DNA from: a virus
Taxonomy: Duplodnaviria > Caudoviricetes
IMG/VR virus record: IMGVR_UViG_3300017987_005501
Strand: one strand, 5' to 3'
Length of the DNA: 64,000 nt
Below are positions 38,878-48,415 of the stretch, in pieces. The stretch's first letter is position 1. The number at the start of each line of letters is the position of its first letter. A program made the position numbers and the translations under genes. The notes below the pieces were generated by a model. That model had not been told where the DNA came from. It saw only the letters and a program-made list of their open reading frames with translations, and made no database searches.

Positions 38878-38894
38878 AAAATAATGGTACTAGC

Positions 38895-38917
38895 TTGGTT
38901 GAGAAGTTGGTTGAGAA
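38895..38917 (+). repeat. Short direct repeat TTGGTTGAGAA x2
   Basis: Copies at 38895 and 38907 (12-bp period), 17 bp outside the right IR arm. Confidence 0.6.
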
Positions 38918-39044
38918 CCGCAAGTGGTTGTTTGATCCCAAAAGCATACCCTCAAAAACTTCCCATCTTAGGAATCAAAGCTCCCCTATCTTGTATTAAT
39001 AATTGTTATGTGCCGAAGTCTAAAATCACTTAGGAGACTAAATT

Positions 39045-41687
39045 ATGGCAAAAAAGAAAAAAGAATTGGAATCAGCAACTAGCAAAGCGAAATCAAAGAT
39101 TGCAGGGAAGATTGATGAGGATTACGTAGATCTTTCAGGTAGTTTTCAAAGAAACTACGATGTAATCAATTCTGGGTCAGTTATTATTAATAAAGTAATC
39201 GGATGCGGAGGCATTCCTAGAGGGAGAATTACTGAAATATTCGGCCCGCCTAGCAGTGGAAAGTGTTTGGTAGGGGATTCTCTTCTTTTTACCCCACAGC
39301 AAGGAATTATAAAAATAGAGAAATTATATCATTCTCTAAAGGATAAACCGGGTCCGGATTCAGCAGTGGAATACCAGGAAAAGATTCTTGGAAAGGATGG
39401 TATTAAAACTACCTCACATTTTTATAATGGAGGCGTTAAAAAAACCAAAAAAATTAAATCTAGATATGGTTACGAGGTTGAAGGGACCCGGGTACATCCT
39501 ATTCTTGTAATGGAAAAATCTGGAAAACAGGTTTGGAGAAAATTAAAGGATGTAAAAAAAGGGGACTATATTTGTATTCAGAGAAATCAGCAATGTTTTG
39601 GAAAAGAATATATAAAATTAGATTGGGAATATAAAAAAGAATCCAGATGGGAAACTAGCACCAAGAAATATAAAATTCCTACTTCTATTGATGAGAAGTT
39701 AGCTTCTTTCTTAGCTTATGTTATAGCAGAAGGAACAACAACATATAAAACTTCTATGGGAATTTCACAAAAAGAAACTGAAGTTGCAAATATTATTAAA
39801 AAATTAGCAAAAAGTCTTTTTGGAAAAGAATTGGTTCTAAAAAAAGAATCTCTTAAGGATTATAATTTTAGTTCGAAACAAATTAGGTCCTTTTTATATG
39901 AAGCGTTAGGGGTTAATTATGTTAAATCGAATAAAAAGGAAATTCCAGATCTTATTCTTCAATCCCCCAAATCTGTTCAACAAGCGTTTCTTCGTTCTTA
40001 TTTCGAAGCAGAGGGATCAGTAACAAGCGACTGGGTTGAAATTTCTTCAGCGAGTAAGTGGTTGGTTCACCAATTACAGGTAATGCTTCTTAACCTAGGA
40101 ATTATTGCTAACCAACGAATTATTCATAATTCCGCGACAAACAGTTCAAACCCTGTTGAAAGAGACTACTATAGTCTTTGTTTAACGGGAAATAATATTA
40201 ACATCTTTGCTAAAGAAATTGGTTTTGAATCCACACGGAAGACACAAAAACTCGATTCCTTAGTAAAACAACGTAATTCTTTAATGGAAAGATCTAATGT
40301 CGAATCTATTCCATACCAAAAAGAGTTAGTCCTTGCTTTTAAGGATGAAGTGATTAGCGAGCAAGGGACAGGCCGAGGGGGGAATTTCCCTCGAAAGGGC
40401 TTTAAAAATGTATATGGAAATAATCTCGTTAAAAGATTAGAGGCTATTAAATACCGGGGGGATAATCTATCTTATCTGACCTGGAAAAGAATAAAAGAAC
40501 AAGCTCCAAAGGAACATCAGGAATTAAATTCTTTTTCTAAGATTGAGCGAAATATTGAAAACCAATTCTTTTATGATCTAGTAACAGAAATTACAGAATC
40601 GGAAGCTCAAGTTTATGATTTAACTATTCCAGATGGGCATAATTTTACATCAAATGGAATTATTTCGCATAATACGACACTGGCTACCTCTATCTGTATC
40701 CAAGCACAAAGAGAAGGCCATTCTTGTTTATATCTGGATTACGAACATGCTTTTGATCCTAGTTATGGAAAAGCAATTGGGCTAGACTTAGATCCCAATA
40801 AATTTGCACTGTATCAACCCAACTTTTTAGAAAAAGGTCAAGAACTAATTACAAGAGCACTAGCAACCCATACTCTAGTGAAGTCTACAGGGGCTAAAAA
40901 ACAAATCCCAGATAATGAAAGAGGAATTTGGATTGATCAAAAGAAGGGTATTGGCATTGGGGTCCCAGTAGTTATTATAATTGACTCTGTTGCAGCCTTG
41001 ATTCCAAAGAAGGAATACGAAGGCGAACATGATACAATGGAAATCGGGCTCTTACCTAGATTATTGTCAAGGTATCTAAGAAAGCTCGTAAGCCTTATTA
41101 AAGCTTCCAATTGTGCGATTGTTTTAGTTAATCAAGAAAGAACTAACATTAAAATGGGTCCTTTTGCTGCCGCAGGACCTGATTATGAAACTACTGGCGG
41201 TAAGGCAGTTAAATTTTATGCTAGTGTAAGGCTAAGATTAAAGTTGAAGAAAAAGGAAAAAGCTCGCGTCTTTAATGAGATTCAAGGAACAAAGGAAGAA
41301 CTTCCTATCCAGAATGTTATTAAATGTACAGCTGTTAAAAATAAGGTGGGAATGCCCTATAGAACTGGGGATTTCGTAATCCGCTTTGGGGAAGGGGTTG
41401 ATAATGTCCGTAGCATTGTTGACATTGCTATCAATGCTGGAATTATTAATAAAGGTGGGGCCTGGTTTGATTATAAATCTCTAGTAGATGAGGCCCACAA
41501 TTTTAGGGTTCAGGGAATGGAGAAAGTTCGAGATATCGTAATTGAAAAAGATTACCTTATTGACGAATTACAAGAAAGGCTAGAATCCTATTTTAATCAG
41601 GGCGATAAGAAGGAAACAGCCTCGGACCTAGAAAAAATGGAAGACATTGAATTAATTAGCGAAGAATATGGGGACGATGACGATTAA
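39045..41687 (+). CDS. recA: RecA with intein
   Basis: GGIPRGRITEIFGP.SSGK|TTLA, D.EHA.DP.Y, DSVAAL.PK.E.EG, NQER, TTGGKA.KFYASVRL, KNKV. Confidence 0.95.
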   Translation: MAKKKKELESATSKAKSKIAGKIDEDYVDLSGSFQRNYDVINSGSVIINKVIGCGGIPRGRITEIFGPPSSGKCLVGDSLLFTPQQGIIKIEKLYHSLKDKPGPDSAVEYQEKILGKDGIKTTSHFYNGGVKKTKKIKSRYGYEVEGTRVHPILVMEKSGKQVWRKLKDVKKGDYICIQRNQQCFGKEYIKLDWEYKKESRWETSTKKYKIPTSIDEKLASFLAYVIAEGTTTYKTSMGISQKETEVANIIKKLAKSLFGKELVLKKESLKDYNFSSKQIRSFLYEALGVNYVKSNKKEIPDLILQSPKSVQQAFLRSYFEAEGSVTSDWVEISSASKWLVHQLQVMLLNLGIIANQRIIHNSATNSSNPVERDYYSLCLTGNNINIFAKEIGFESTRKTQKLDSLVKQRNSLMERSNVESIPYQKELVLAFKDEVISEQGTGRGGNFPRKGFKNVYGNNLVKRLEAIKYRGDNLSYLTWKRIKEQAPKEHQELNSFSKIERNIENQFFYDLVTEITESEAQVYDLTIPDGHNFTSNGIISHNTTLATSICIQAQREGHSCLYLDYEHAFDPSYGKAIGLDLDPNKFALYQPNFLEKGQELITRALATHTLVKSTGAKKQIPDNERGIWIDQKKGIGIGVPVVIIIDSVAALIPKKEYEGEHDTMEIGLLPRLLSRYLRKLVSLIKASNCAIVLVNQERTNIKMGPFAAAGPDYETTGGKAVKFYASVRLRLKLKKKEKARVFNEIQGTKEELPIQNVIKCTAVKNKVGMPYRTGDFVIRFGEGVDNVRSIVDIAINAGIINKGGAWFDYKSLVDEAHNFRVQGMEKVRDIVIEKDYLIDELQERLESYFNQGDKKETASDLEKMEDIELISEEYGDDDD
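39264..40673 (+). mobile_element. LAGLIDADG intein (470 aa) in the RecA Walker A (GK|T)
   Basis: Starts CLVGDS, block B GTRVHP, LAYVIAEG and FEAEGSV, ends ISHN with +1 Thr. Confidence 0.93.
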
Positions 41688-41715
41688 TTCGGTTTAAACA
41701 GTACTTTTAAGAGAG

Positions 41716-41740
41716 GCACCCTTTTCAGGGTGCTTTTTTT
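41716..41740 (+). terminator. Intrinsic terminator after recA
   Basis: gcaccct-tttc-agggtgc followed by ttttttt. Confidence 0.85.
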
Positions 41741-41808
41741 ATTTGTAATAGTCTTTTTTTCCGTTTTATTTATATAGGATCAAATTCTTTTATTAAAGGA
41801 GTTTCCCC

Positions 41809-42096
41809 ATGTCCCCTCTTTTATATTTCGCCGTCGTACTTCTCGAGAGTTTACTTATTATTGGAGCCATTTCTATATTTTTAACCCGAGCTATTATTGT
41901 TTATGGCAAACTTAAAATGTATAAAACCCTTCATATTCCGAAGAATTACGAGTTTAAGGTTATTAATCTTAAGCATAAGGGAAAAATTAAATGGCAAACT
42001 AATTTCGGATCAGACCAAAGATGGAAAATCTGTGCGCTGGAAAATATTAATGGTCGAGCGCTTTTAATTTATGCCCGAGAAAAAATAGGGCATTAA
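41809..42096 (+). CDS. N-terminal TM protein with DUF4177-like C-terminal domain
   Basis: AGGAG SD; TM helix then YEFKVI......W.I. Confidence 0.55.
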   Translation: MSPLLYFAVVLLESLLIIGAISIFLTRAIIVYGKLKMYKTLHIPKNYEFKVINLKHKGKIKWQTNFGSDQRWKICALENINGRALLIYAREKIGH

Positions 42097-42108
42097 TATA
42101 AGGAGAAA

Positions 42109-42384
42109 ATGATGAACTTAGTTAGTTTAATTGCTCTAGTAGGATGTGGTATTTTAGCTTTGTTAATTCTAGGGTTCAGTATTTTCTTTATGTTCTATTC
42201 CCTAAAATCTGAAACTAAATCTAAAAATTCTGCAGAGAAATTCAGCTACAAAACTACAGAAGTAGAAACATACGAAGAGTTTAATTCTTTGTTGGAAGCC
42301 GGCTCCGATGATGATTGGGTGATTTGTGCAACTTGCAAATTTGGAGAAGGTTGGATCGTAATCTATTCAAAACCTAGGGTTTAG
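42109..42384 (+). CDS. N-terminal TM protein, paralog-like of 41809..42096
   Basis: TM helix then YKTTEV...FN.LL...DDWVICA; both end IY..P/E. Confidence 0.55.
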   Translation: MMNLVSLIALVGCGILALLILGFSIFFMFYSLKSETKSKNSAEKFSYKTTEVETYEEFNSLLEAGSDDDWVICATCKFGEGWIVIYSKPRV

Positions 42385-42565
42385 ATCTAATAGCAATTGT
42401 TAAAGTTGTAATATCGCTTGGAATAAGTTTTATACAGTTTCCATCTTTATCCCGAATTTCTTCTGCGATAGGGCGATTTTCTTCCCAACTAATAATTTTT
42501 CCTTTGTGTAGCTCTTCTAAGTAATCCCACGTTTTTTGAGATAGTTTTAAATCATAGGGCTCCAT
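42374..42565 (-). CDS. Small hypothetical protein
   Basis: 63 aa with GAGGAG SD upstream. Confidence 0.55.
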   Translation of the reverse strand: MEPYDLKLSQKTWDYLEELHKGKIISWEENRPIAEEIRDKDGNCIKLIPSDITTLTIAIRSKP

Positions 42566-42610
42566 TTAGTTTCTCCTCGAAAAAGTTACATTATATTAAA
42601 TATACACCTT

Positions 42611-42639
42611 AAAAGAAAGAGATTTTTCCTCTTTCTTTT
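42611..42639. other. 11-bp inverted repeat in a divergent intergenic region
   Basis: aaaagaaagag-atttttc-ctctttctttt. Confidence 0.55.
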
Positions 42640-42679
42640 TGTAATAATTATAAAGAATCTCTGTCTGAGGGGTAGAATA

Positions 42680-43843
42680 ATGCCAATAGACGTAAGAATA
42701 AAGAACGCACAAGCAATCGAAGATGTATCTTTTCAGATTAATGGGTTTACTTGTCTTGTTGGTAAAAGCAATATCGGAAAAAGTAGCGTTTTAAGATCCC
42801 TCCAATCAATGTTTAAGAATTCTGGGGGTTTGGTTAGGCATGGAAAAGACTCCTGCGAGGTTTTTTATAATGACGGAGATCTTAATATCCACTGGACAAG
42901 AGGGAAAGAAAACAAATACAAGATTAATGAAACCGAGTATCAAACTGGAAGGGATATACCCCCTCCGATCTTAGACGCAGGAATTAAAGAATTAATTATT
43001 GGAAACTCTTCTACCAAACAAAAGATTGATGTTCAAACGAACGGCCAACATTCCCCATTATTCCTTATAGATAAGAATAAAAGAGAGGCTGCTGAAATTA
43101 TCTCTGCAATCTCTCGGCTAGATGTAATCTCAAAAGCATCAAAAGAATGTAACAGGGACCTTAAACAGTATAAGGGTAAGTTAAAATTACGGGAATCGGA
43201 TAGGGACGCAGTATCGCAACAGCTAAAGAAATTTGAAAATCTTGAAAACCTTAAAAATTCCTTCAGCTCCCTTCTTTCTTCCTTAACTAAAACACAAGAG
43301 GGATTTAATAAGGTAACGGAATTAAAATTAAAGTTAAAAAAATTAAAAGATTTAAGTAAGAGAAAAGAACTGTATGATAAAATAAAATTAATAGAAATTC
43401 CAGAATTTGTTTTGGATTTGTCCCAAAATAGGATTGAAAAATTAAAAGGGATCAGCGACAACCTTTCCTTAATAAAAGCTGAGATTAAAATTCTTAAAAG
43501 AATTAAAACACTAAAAATTCCAACTTTTAATGAGGACGAACATAGAAAATTATTATCCTTAACTGTAAAGTTAGAAGAAATTAAAGCATTGTCAAAGAAA
43601 ACGTTATTAAGGGAAGAACTAGAAAAAATAAAGATGGTTTCTTTGTCCTCCCTGGAAGGAACCGTTCAGCAATTAGAAGTTTTTAAGGAAATTAAAAACC
43701 GTCTTAATGAAATAAATAAGAGTATAGAAGAAACAGAGGAAGAAATCGGGAAGTTGAAGGATAAGCTTTTAAAGTTAAAAGAAGGTAAAGCGAAGATAGA
43801 GAAAAATCTAGGATCTTGCCCAATTTGTGGAAAGGAATTTTAG
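42680..43843 (+). CDS. sbcC: SbcC/Rad50 N-terminal half (Walker A, coiled coil, zinc hook)
   Basis: IKN.Q, GKSNIGKSS, Q-loop, coiled coil; ends CPICGKEF. Confidence 0.85.
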   Translation: MPIDVRIKNAQAIEDVSFQINGFTCLVGKSNIGKSSVLRSLQSMFKNSGGLVRHGKDSCEVFYNDGDLNIHWTRGKENKYKINETEYQTGRDIPPPILDAGIKELIIGNSSTKQKIDVQTNGQHSPLFLIDKNKREAAEIISAISRLDVISKASKECNRDLKQYKGKLKLRESDRDAVSQQLKKFENLENLKNSFSSLLSSLTKTQEGFNKVTELKLKLKKLKDLSKRKELYDKIKLIEIPEFVLDLSQNRIEKLKGISDNLSLIKAEIKILKRIKTLKIPTFNEDEHRKLLSLTVKLEEIKALSKKTLLREELEKIKMVSLSSLEGTVQQLEVFKEIKNRLNEINKSIEETEEEIGKLKDKLLKLKEGKAKIEKNLGSCPICGKEF

Positions 43844-44878
43844 GTGTTTAATTTTATAACAGTTGGGGATGTTCATTCAGCAGATAAAAATCCAGGCGCG
43901 AGGGTTGGGGATTATTTTATAGACACATTCGATAAGCTAGATCAAATTGCTATTATTGCTGAAAAGGTTAAAGCTGATGCCGTTTTTTTCTTGGGAGATA
44001 TATTTCATATTAAACAACAAAAAGAAAATAGTTGTAAGTTAATAGCCAATTGGATCGAACTCCTAAAAACTTACCCTCCAACTATAGGAATCGCTGGCAA
44101 CCATGACGAATCTTTTAATAACCCGGAGACAATCCCAAACCAACCAATTGGGGTTTTAGAAGCTAGCGGACACTTAACCCTTTTAGATGAAAAATTAGAT
44201 AAACATTATATCTTTGAGAAAGCTGGAATTAAGATTAGGGTTGCAGGATATCCTTATGAAAAGAAACTAGGAATATCAGCTTGTGATATTAAGAAAAAGG
44301 ATGAGGATATATTAATTGCCCTAGCCCATATTTATGCCGGCCCAAAAGAAAAGGATCTTTTCGGGGAAACAATTTATGGATACGATAAGATGGTTTCTTT
44401 TAATCCTGATATCTTTTGTTTTGGCCATTACCACGTCGACCAAGGGGTTCGAAAAAAAGGTACTAAATATTTTATAAACCTTGGTGCCATAACGAGAGGG
44501 TCCATTTCAAAAGATGACCTAGAAAGAAAACCTAAGGTTGGTTGGATAAGTATTAACGAGAAAAGAGAAATAACAATTAAACAAATTAAATTAAAAGTAA
44601 AACCTTCTAATGAGATCTTTAACCTTGAATTAAAAGAAGAGATTGAATCGGAAAATGATCAAATTAACGCCTATATAGAAAAATTAAAATCAGAAATCGA
44701 AGGGACGAAGGTTGAGGCTAATATTGCGAAACAAATTGGAAGCCTGGACCTTTCCACAGAAGTAAAAGATATGGTTTACCATTATCTTGAAAAAGCCGGG
44801 CTAGAAAAAGGAGAGATAGAGTCCTCCGATATTTTAGCAAATATTACATTAAAAGGAGAAAATGATGGCGACAGTTGA
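43844..44878 (+). CDS. sbcD: SbcD/Mre11 nuclease
   Basis: GDVH, LGDIFH, GNHD, AH, GHYH; GTG start. Confidence 0.9.
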   Translation: MFNFITVGDVHSADKNPGARVGDYFIDTFDKLDQIAIIAEKVKADAVFFLGDIFHIKQQKENSCKLIANWIELLKTYPPTIGIAGNHDESFNNPETIPNQPIGVLEASGHLTLLDEKLDKHYIFEKAGIKIRVAGYPYEKKLGISACDIKKKDEDILIALAHIYAGPKEKDLFGETIYGYDKMVSFNPDIFCFGHYHVDQGVRKKGTKYFINLGAITRGSISKDDLERKPKVGWISINEKREITIKQIKLKVKPSNEIFNLELKEEIESENDQINAYIEKLKSEIEGTKVEANIAKQIGSLDLSTEVKDMVYHYLEKAGLEKGEIESSDILANITLKGENDGDS

Positions 44879-45350
44879 AATTAATACAACAGAAATTGGG
44901 AAATCGAATCTTATAAAGAAGATAACAGAAGTTTTATCTATTATAACCGCTTGCCCGGATAATATGGTATTTAAGATAAAATTAGAACTTGACGGGGTGG
45001 ATATGCGTCTTACAAAAGCCGCCATGGACTTTGTAGAACAACAGCAAAAAAACCAAGAGGAGCCTGAAGATGAAGAAGAAAAACTAGAAGAAGCTGCTCC
45101 AACCCCCACACAATTAACTGACTTTCTACAAAGAATGCAATTTGGGGACTTAGATAAAGTTTCAGACTTTCTAAAAGAGAAATTTGGGGTTGAAGAAAAC
45201 TTAAAGTTGGGACCAGAGATGACCCAAAAAGAAACTTTATCCCATTTAAAGGACCAAATGATTGGTAAAAAGGATGATCACGATCAAGTTATTGACGATA
45301 TTTTAAAACCTCGAAAATTAAAGGAAGAGGAAGGGAATGAAAAAGACTAA
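44862..45350 (+). CDS. Hypothetical acidic protein
   Basis: 162 aa with SD, coupled. Confidence 0.7.
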   Translation: MMATVEINTTEIGKSNLIKKITEVLSIITACPDNMVFKIKLELDGVDMRLTKAAMDFVEQQQKNQEEPEDEEEKLEEAAPTPTQLTDFLQRMQFGDLDKVSDFLKEKFGVEENLKLGPEMTQKETLSHLKDQMIGKKDDHDQVIDDILKPRKLKEEEGNEKD

Positions 45351-46119
45351 AATCAGTTGGTCTTCTTTTGATTTATGGCGATTATGTCCCCATGCCTATG
45401 ATCTTTTCTATCTGGAAGAAAAAGGATTCGATTTAGATGAAAAACAAGATCGCTTCTTCGCAATTATTGGTTCTGTAATTCAAGAGATTTTTTCTAGGTT
45501 TTATAATGATCAACTTTGGAGACTAAAAAAAGAAGCTATCCCCTATTTAACAGATACGCTACTGCCCAAAGTTTGGCCTTTTGTTCTCGATGGTTTTACT
45601 GTTAACTGGGAGAATCATGATAAATCCGAAAAAGAATTATATGAAGAAGCAAAAGGGATGATACCCAAGGTTACCAAGCTTCTATTAGGCGAAAAGCTTC
45701 TATTTCCAAATGGATTACAGCGGGCTGAAGTAAAGCATATGCTTCCTTTTAATGAAGAAAATGGAATCTACCTAATGGGAAAGGTCGATTTCTTATTTAA
45801 GGACTCCGAAGTAATTATTTTAGATGGAAAAGCCACCCATAATGTTAAGGACGATCAACTATATTTCTATAGCTACCTCTATGAATTAATTAATGGGGAA
45901 TTGCCTGATAAAATTGGATATATCTATTACGATACAGCAGAAGTCTCGTATATTAAATTTAGTGCTAGGAAGTATAATAGATTAAAGAAGGAAATAAACG
46001 AATTAGTTCAAGCAATAGATAAAAAGGATTTTCCTGCTAAACCTGAGTTAAATAAATGTGAAGCTTGTACATTAAAATCAATTTGTTCAAAAAAGGAGTT
46101 AAATAATGCCACGGCGTAA
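45337..46119 (+). CDS. PD-(D/E)XK Cas4/RecB-like nuclease
   Basis: ISWS.F...RLCP, GKVDF, ILDGK, QLYFY, C-terminal CEACTLKSIC. Confidence 0.8.
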   Translation: MKKTKISWSSFDLWRLCPHAYDLFYLEEKGFDLDEKQDRFFAIIGSVIQEIFSRFYNDQLWRLKKEAIPYLTDTLLPKVWPFVLDGFTVNWENHDKSEKELYEEAKGMIPKVTKLLLGEKLLFPNGLQRAEVKHMLPFNEENGIYLMGKVDFLFKDSEVIILDGKATHNVKDDQLYFYSYLYELINGELPDKIGYIYYDTAEVSYIKFSARKYNRLKKEINELVQAIDKKDFPAKPELNKCEACTLKSICSKKELNNATA

Positions 46120-46420
46120 AAATACAGAAGCTGAGAAAAAAATTGAGCCGTTAGAAGAGGAGAAGGAAAAACAAAGGAAGAAAGAGACAAAGGAAGAAAA
46201 ACAGAATCTCCCAAAATTTGTTTTGGTTAGCGAAGATGGTTCAATTCAAAAAACTAAAGTTATTATCAATGGGAAAATTATTAAGGACTTTTCCCAGTTT
46301 GATTTAGTTGCGGAAGAAGGACAAATTACATTTAACTATATCAAGTCTGGGTCTATTAACTTAAACGAAGTTGATGATCTATTCCCTCCAGACGAAGGAG
46401 GTGCGGAAAATGACAGTTAA
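46106..46420 (+). CDS. Hypothetical protein
   Basis: 104 aa with SD. Confidence 0.65.
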   Translation: MPRRKNTEAEKKIEPLEEEKEKQRKKETKEEKQNLPKFVLVSEDGSIQKTKVIINGKIIKDFSQFDLVAEEGQITFNYIKSGSINLNEVDDLFPPDEGGAENDS

Positions 46421-46811
46421 AAAATATGATGGTGGCAGTGGGTCGCCTGGAGAAGCCGAACGTCCGATGAAGAGAAAAGTTAAGGTACCAAGAGATAAAG
46501 ATGGGAGGACTATTTTGACTGGAAATGTTAAGGTGCCTAAGGATGGAGAAGATTTTGGAGATTCTGGTGAAGATTTACCACCCCCAGGAGAGGATGAATC
46601 CCCCCGCCCAAGAAGAACCCGAGAAAGAAGACGGGAAGGGAAAGAAACTCCAAAAAGATTGATTCTTCCTGAGGAAGAATATGAAGACGAAGTCGACACA
46701 AAAGACGGAATTCTCCAGATAATGACCAATGGGACTTCGGAGGGAACCGTAGTTACGTTAAATGGAAAAAAATTAAATGTTAAAGTTATCCTAAATTTAA
46801 TGATAGTTTAG
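46410..46811 (+). CDS. Hypothetical low-complexity protein
   Basis: Start reassigned to ATG 46410 (GGAGGTG SD). Its C-terminal GT.V.LNGK resembles KTKVIINGK of the previous gene. Confidence 0.6.
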   Translation: MTVKKYDGGSGSPGEAERPMKRKVKVPRDKDGRTILTGNVKVPKDGEDFGDSGEDLPPPGEDESPRPRRTRERRREGKETPKRLILPEEEYEDEVDTKDGILQIMTNGTSEGTVVTLNGKKLNVKVILNLMIV

Positions 46812-46881
46812 GGATCATTTTTAAATCCGGCTTTTTTATTCGTATATAAAAAGGAATATAAAAAGGAATAGGATAATTTTA

Positions 46882-47154
46882 ATGGCAGACTTAACAGAAA
46901 AACTTTTAGAGCTTAAAAAGTTAAGAGAAAAGATCTCTGATAAAAAGAATCGTCTTGAAGGAAAACTTGATGCCGATCAAAAGGCATTAAAAAAGCTTGA
47001 AGCTGAGCTTGAGGAAGAGGGGATACAGCCCGCTGAGTTAGAAACAGAAATTAATAAACTAGAAACGAAGCTAACGCGGGAGTATGAAAGATTGGAGAAA
47101 GAATTAAACGCAATTAGCAAAGAAGTAACCGATATTGAATCACAGTGTTCTTAA
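46882..47154 (+). CDS. Short coiled-coil protein
   Basis: 90 aa of continuous heptads. Confidence 0.7.
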   Translation: MADLTEKLLELKKLREKISDKKNRLEGKLDADQKALKKLEAELEEEGIQPAELETEINKLETKLTREYERLEKELNAISKEVTDIESQCS

Positions 47155-47179
47155 TTAATTAGAAAAGGAGATTGCTGAA

Positions 47180-48415
47180 ATGGCAAAATTTAAGATTAAA
47201 AAAGAAGCATTATTAGATAACTTAAATCTAGCTTCTCTTGCGATAAATCGAAGGGAAGAAGATATTACAAGTAACTTTGTTTTTAAGGTTGAGGATGAAA
47301 AACTTGTAATTTTAGCAACTGATAATACTTCAATTGCAAAAGTAAAGGTTGGAAAAATTAGTCTAGAGGGCGATGATAATGAATCCTTTTCTTTTACCTT
47401 AAAAGCTCAAAAAGTTTTAGGGTTGTTAGGGACCTTAAAAAAGGATAACGAAGTCGAGTTTAATTTTAATAAGGCAGATATGAATGTCGTTATTAATGAA
47501 ACTTATGATTTTCCTTCTCTTGATCCAGACGATTTCCCAGAATTTAATAGTGAAATTGAAAAGGCAGAGTCTATTTCGGAAATAAAAATTGATGCATTGA
47601 GTAATGCCCTAAAATATATTAATGGGTTTATTGGGAATGACCCTCAAGGCCGTCCAGAATTAACTATTGGTTTAATTAAGGATAATACTTTCTTGGCGAG
47701 TAATGGAAAAACCTTTGGGGTATATGAATCTAAGGACCTTAAAGCAGATGGGTTTGAAGTAAGCTACAACGTTATTGGAAATATCCAGAAGTTTACTAAG
47801 GGTTTTGAAACCCCTATTGTTGTTGAGCCTAAAGATAAAAATAAGGACGACGACTCTAAGGACGACGACTCTAAGGACGACGACTCTAAGGACGACGACG
47901 GAGCGGTTGTCCCCTCTAAAAAGATAAAGCTACTGAAAAGTTCTAACTTTTTCATTATTGCTTCCCCCGACGAGTTAAACTACTATGGGTTTAGAAAGTG
48001 CGACTATAAATTCCCAGCTCAAAAGCTTCAAACGCAAATTGAGAAGGGAAAGGACGCAGAAACAAAATGCAAAATTTCTCGAGTTGAACTTTCGGAAGTC
48101 ATTAACCGTTTATCTTTCTGTATCGATGAAACAAGCAATAGGATGTCTTTTGTATTAACTGGGGATTCAGACGAGGCAGAGTTAGAAATCTCTGTTATTG
48201 GTTCCCATAAAAGGACAACTACAGAAAAAATGAAGGTCTCAAGACTTTCAGGCGAAGAGGATATTACTTTTAGCCTAAACTTTAACCACTTAACTAAAGT
48301 TTTACCCCTTTATGACAGCCCTGAAATAATCCTATCAGAAAATAAAGCTATTATGTTATCAGACGAACTTGACGACCACAATCTTTATGGGATGATTGCA
48401 GTTTTAAGGAGTTAA
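47180..48415 (+). CDS. dnaN: DNA polymerase III beta-type sliding clamp
   Basis: Three-domain length; L.I.ATD; FP; L...L.R; I.FN...L pattern of DnaN. Confidence 0.75.
   Translation: MAKFKIKKEALLDNLNLASLAINRREEDITSNFVFKVEDEKLVILATDNTSIAKVKVGKISLEGDDNESFSFTLKAQKVLGLLGTLKKDNEVEFNFNKADMNVVINETYDFPSLDPDDFPEFNSEIEKAESISEIKIDALSNALKYINGFIGNDPQGRPELTIGLIKDNTFLASNGKTFGVYESKDLKADGFEVSYNVIGNIQKFTKGFETPIVVEPKDKNKDDDSKDDDSKDDDSKDDDGAVVPSKKIKLLKSSNFFIIASPDELNYYGFRKCDYKFPAQKLQTQIEKGKDAETKCKISRVELSEVINRLSFCIDETSNRMSFVLTGDSDEAELEISVIGSHKRTTTEKMKVSRLSGEEDITFSLNFNHLTKVLPLYDSPEIILSENKAIMLSDELDDHNLYGMIAVLRS
47842..47899 (+). repeat. In-frame 15-bp tandem repeat (about 3.9 copies) encoding KDDDS
   Basis: (taaggacgacgactc)x3 plus taaggacgacgac, DNA-perfect. 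Confidence 0.95.

Noticed and set aside
38845-39033. 62 aa ORF starting inside the right IR arm, and its 27 aa mirror from the left arm (a possible shufflon)
   Set aside because: No SD; the other protein-like frame has two in-frame stops within the repeat; no constant upstream gene whose C-terminus could be swapped
47842-47899. Possible CRISPR or mini-array
   Set aside because: Contiguous 15-bp units without spacers, in frame within dnaN; no cas1/cas2 nearby
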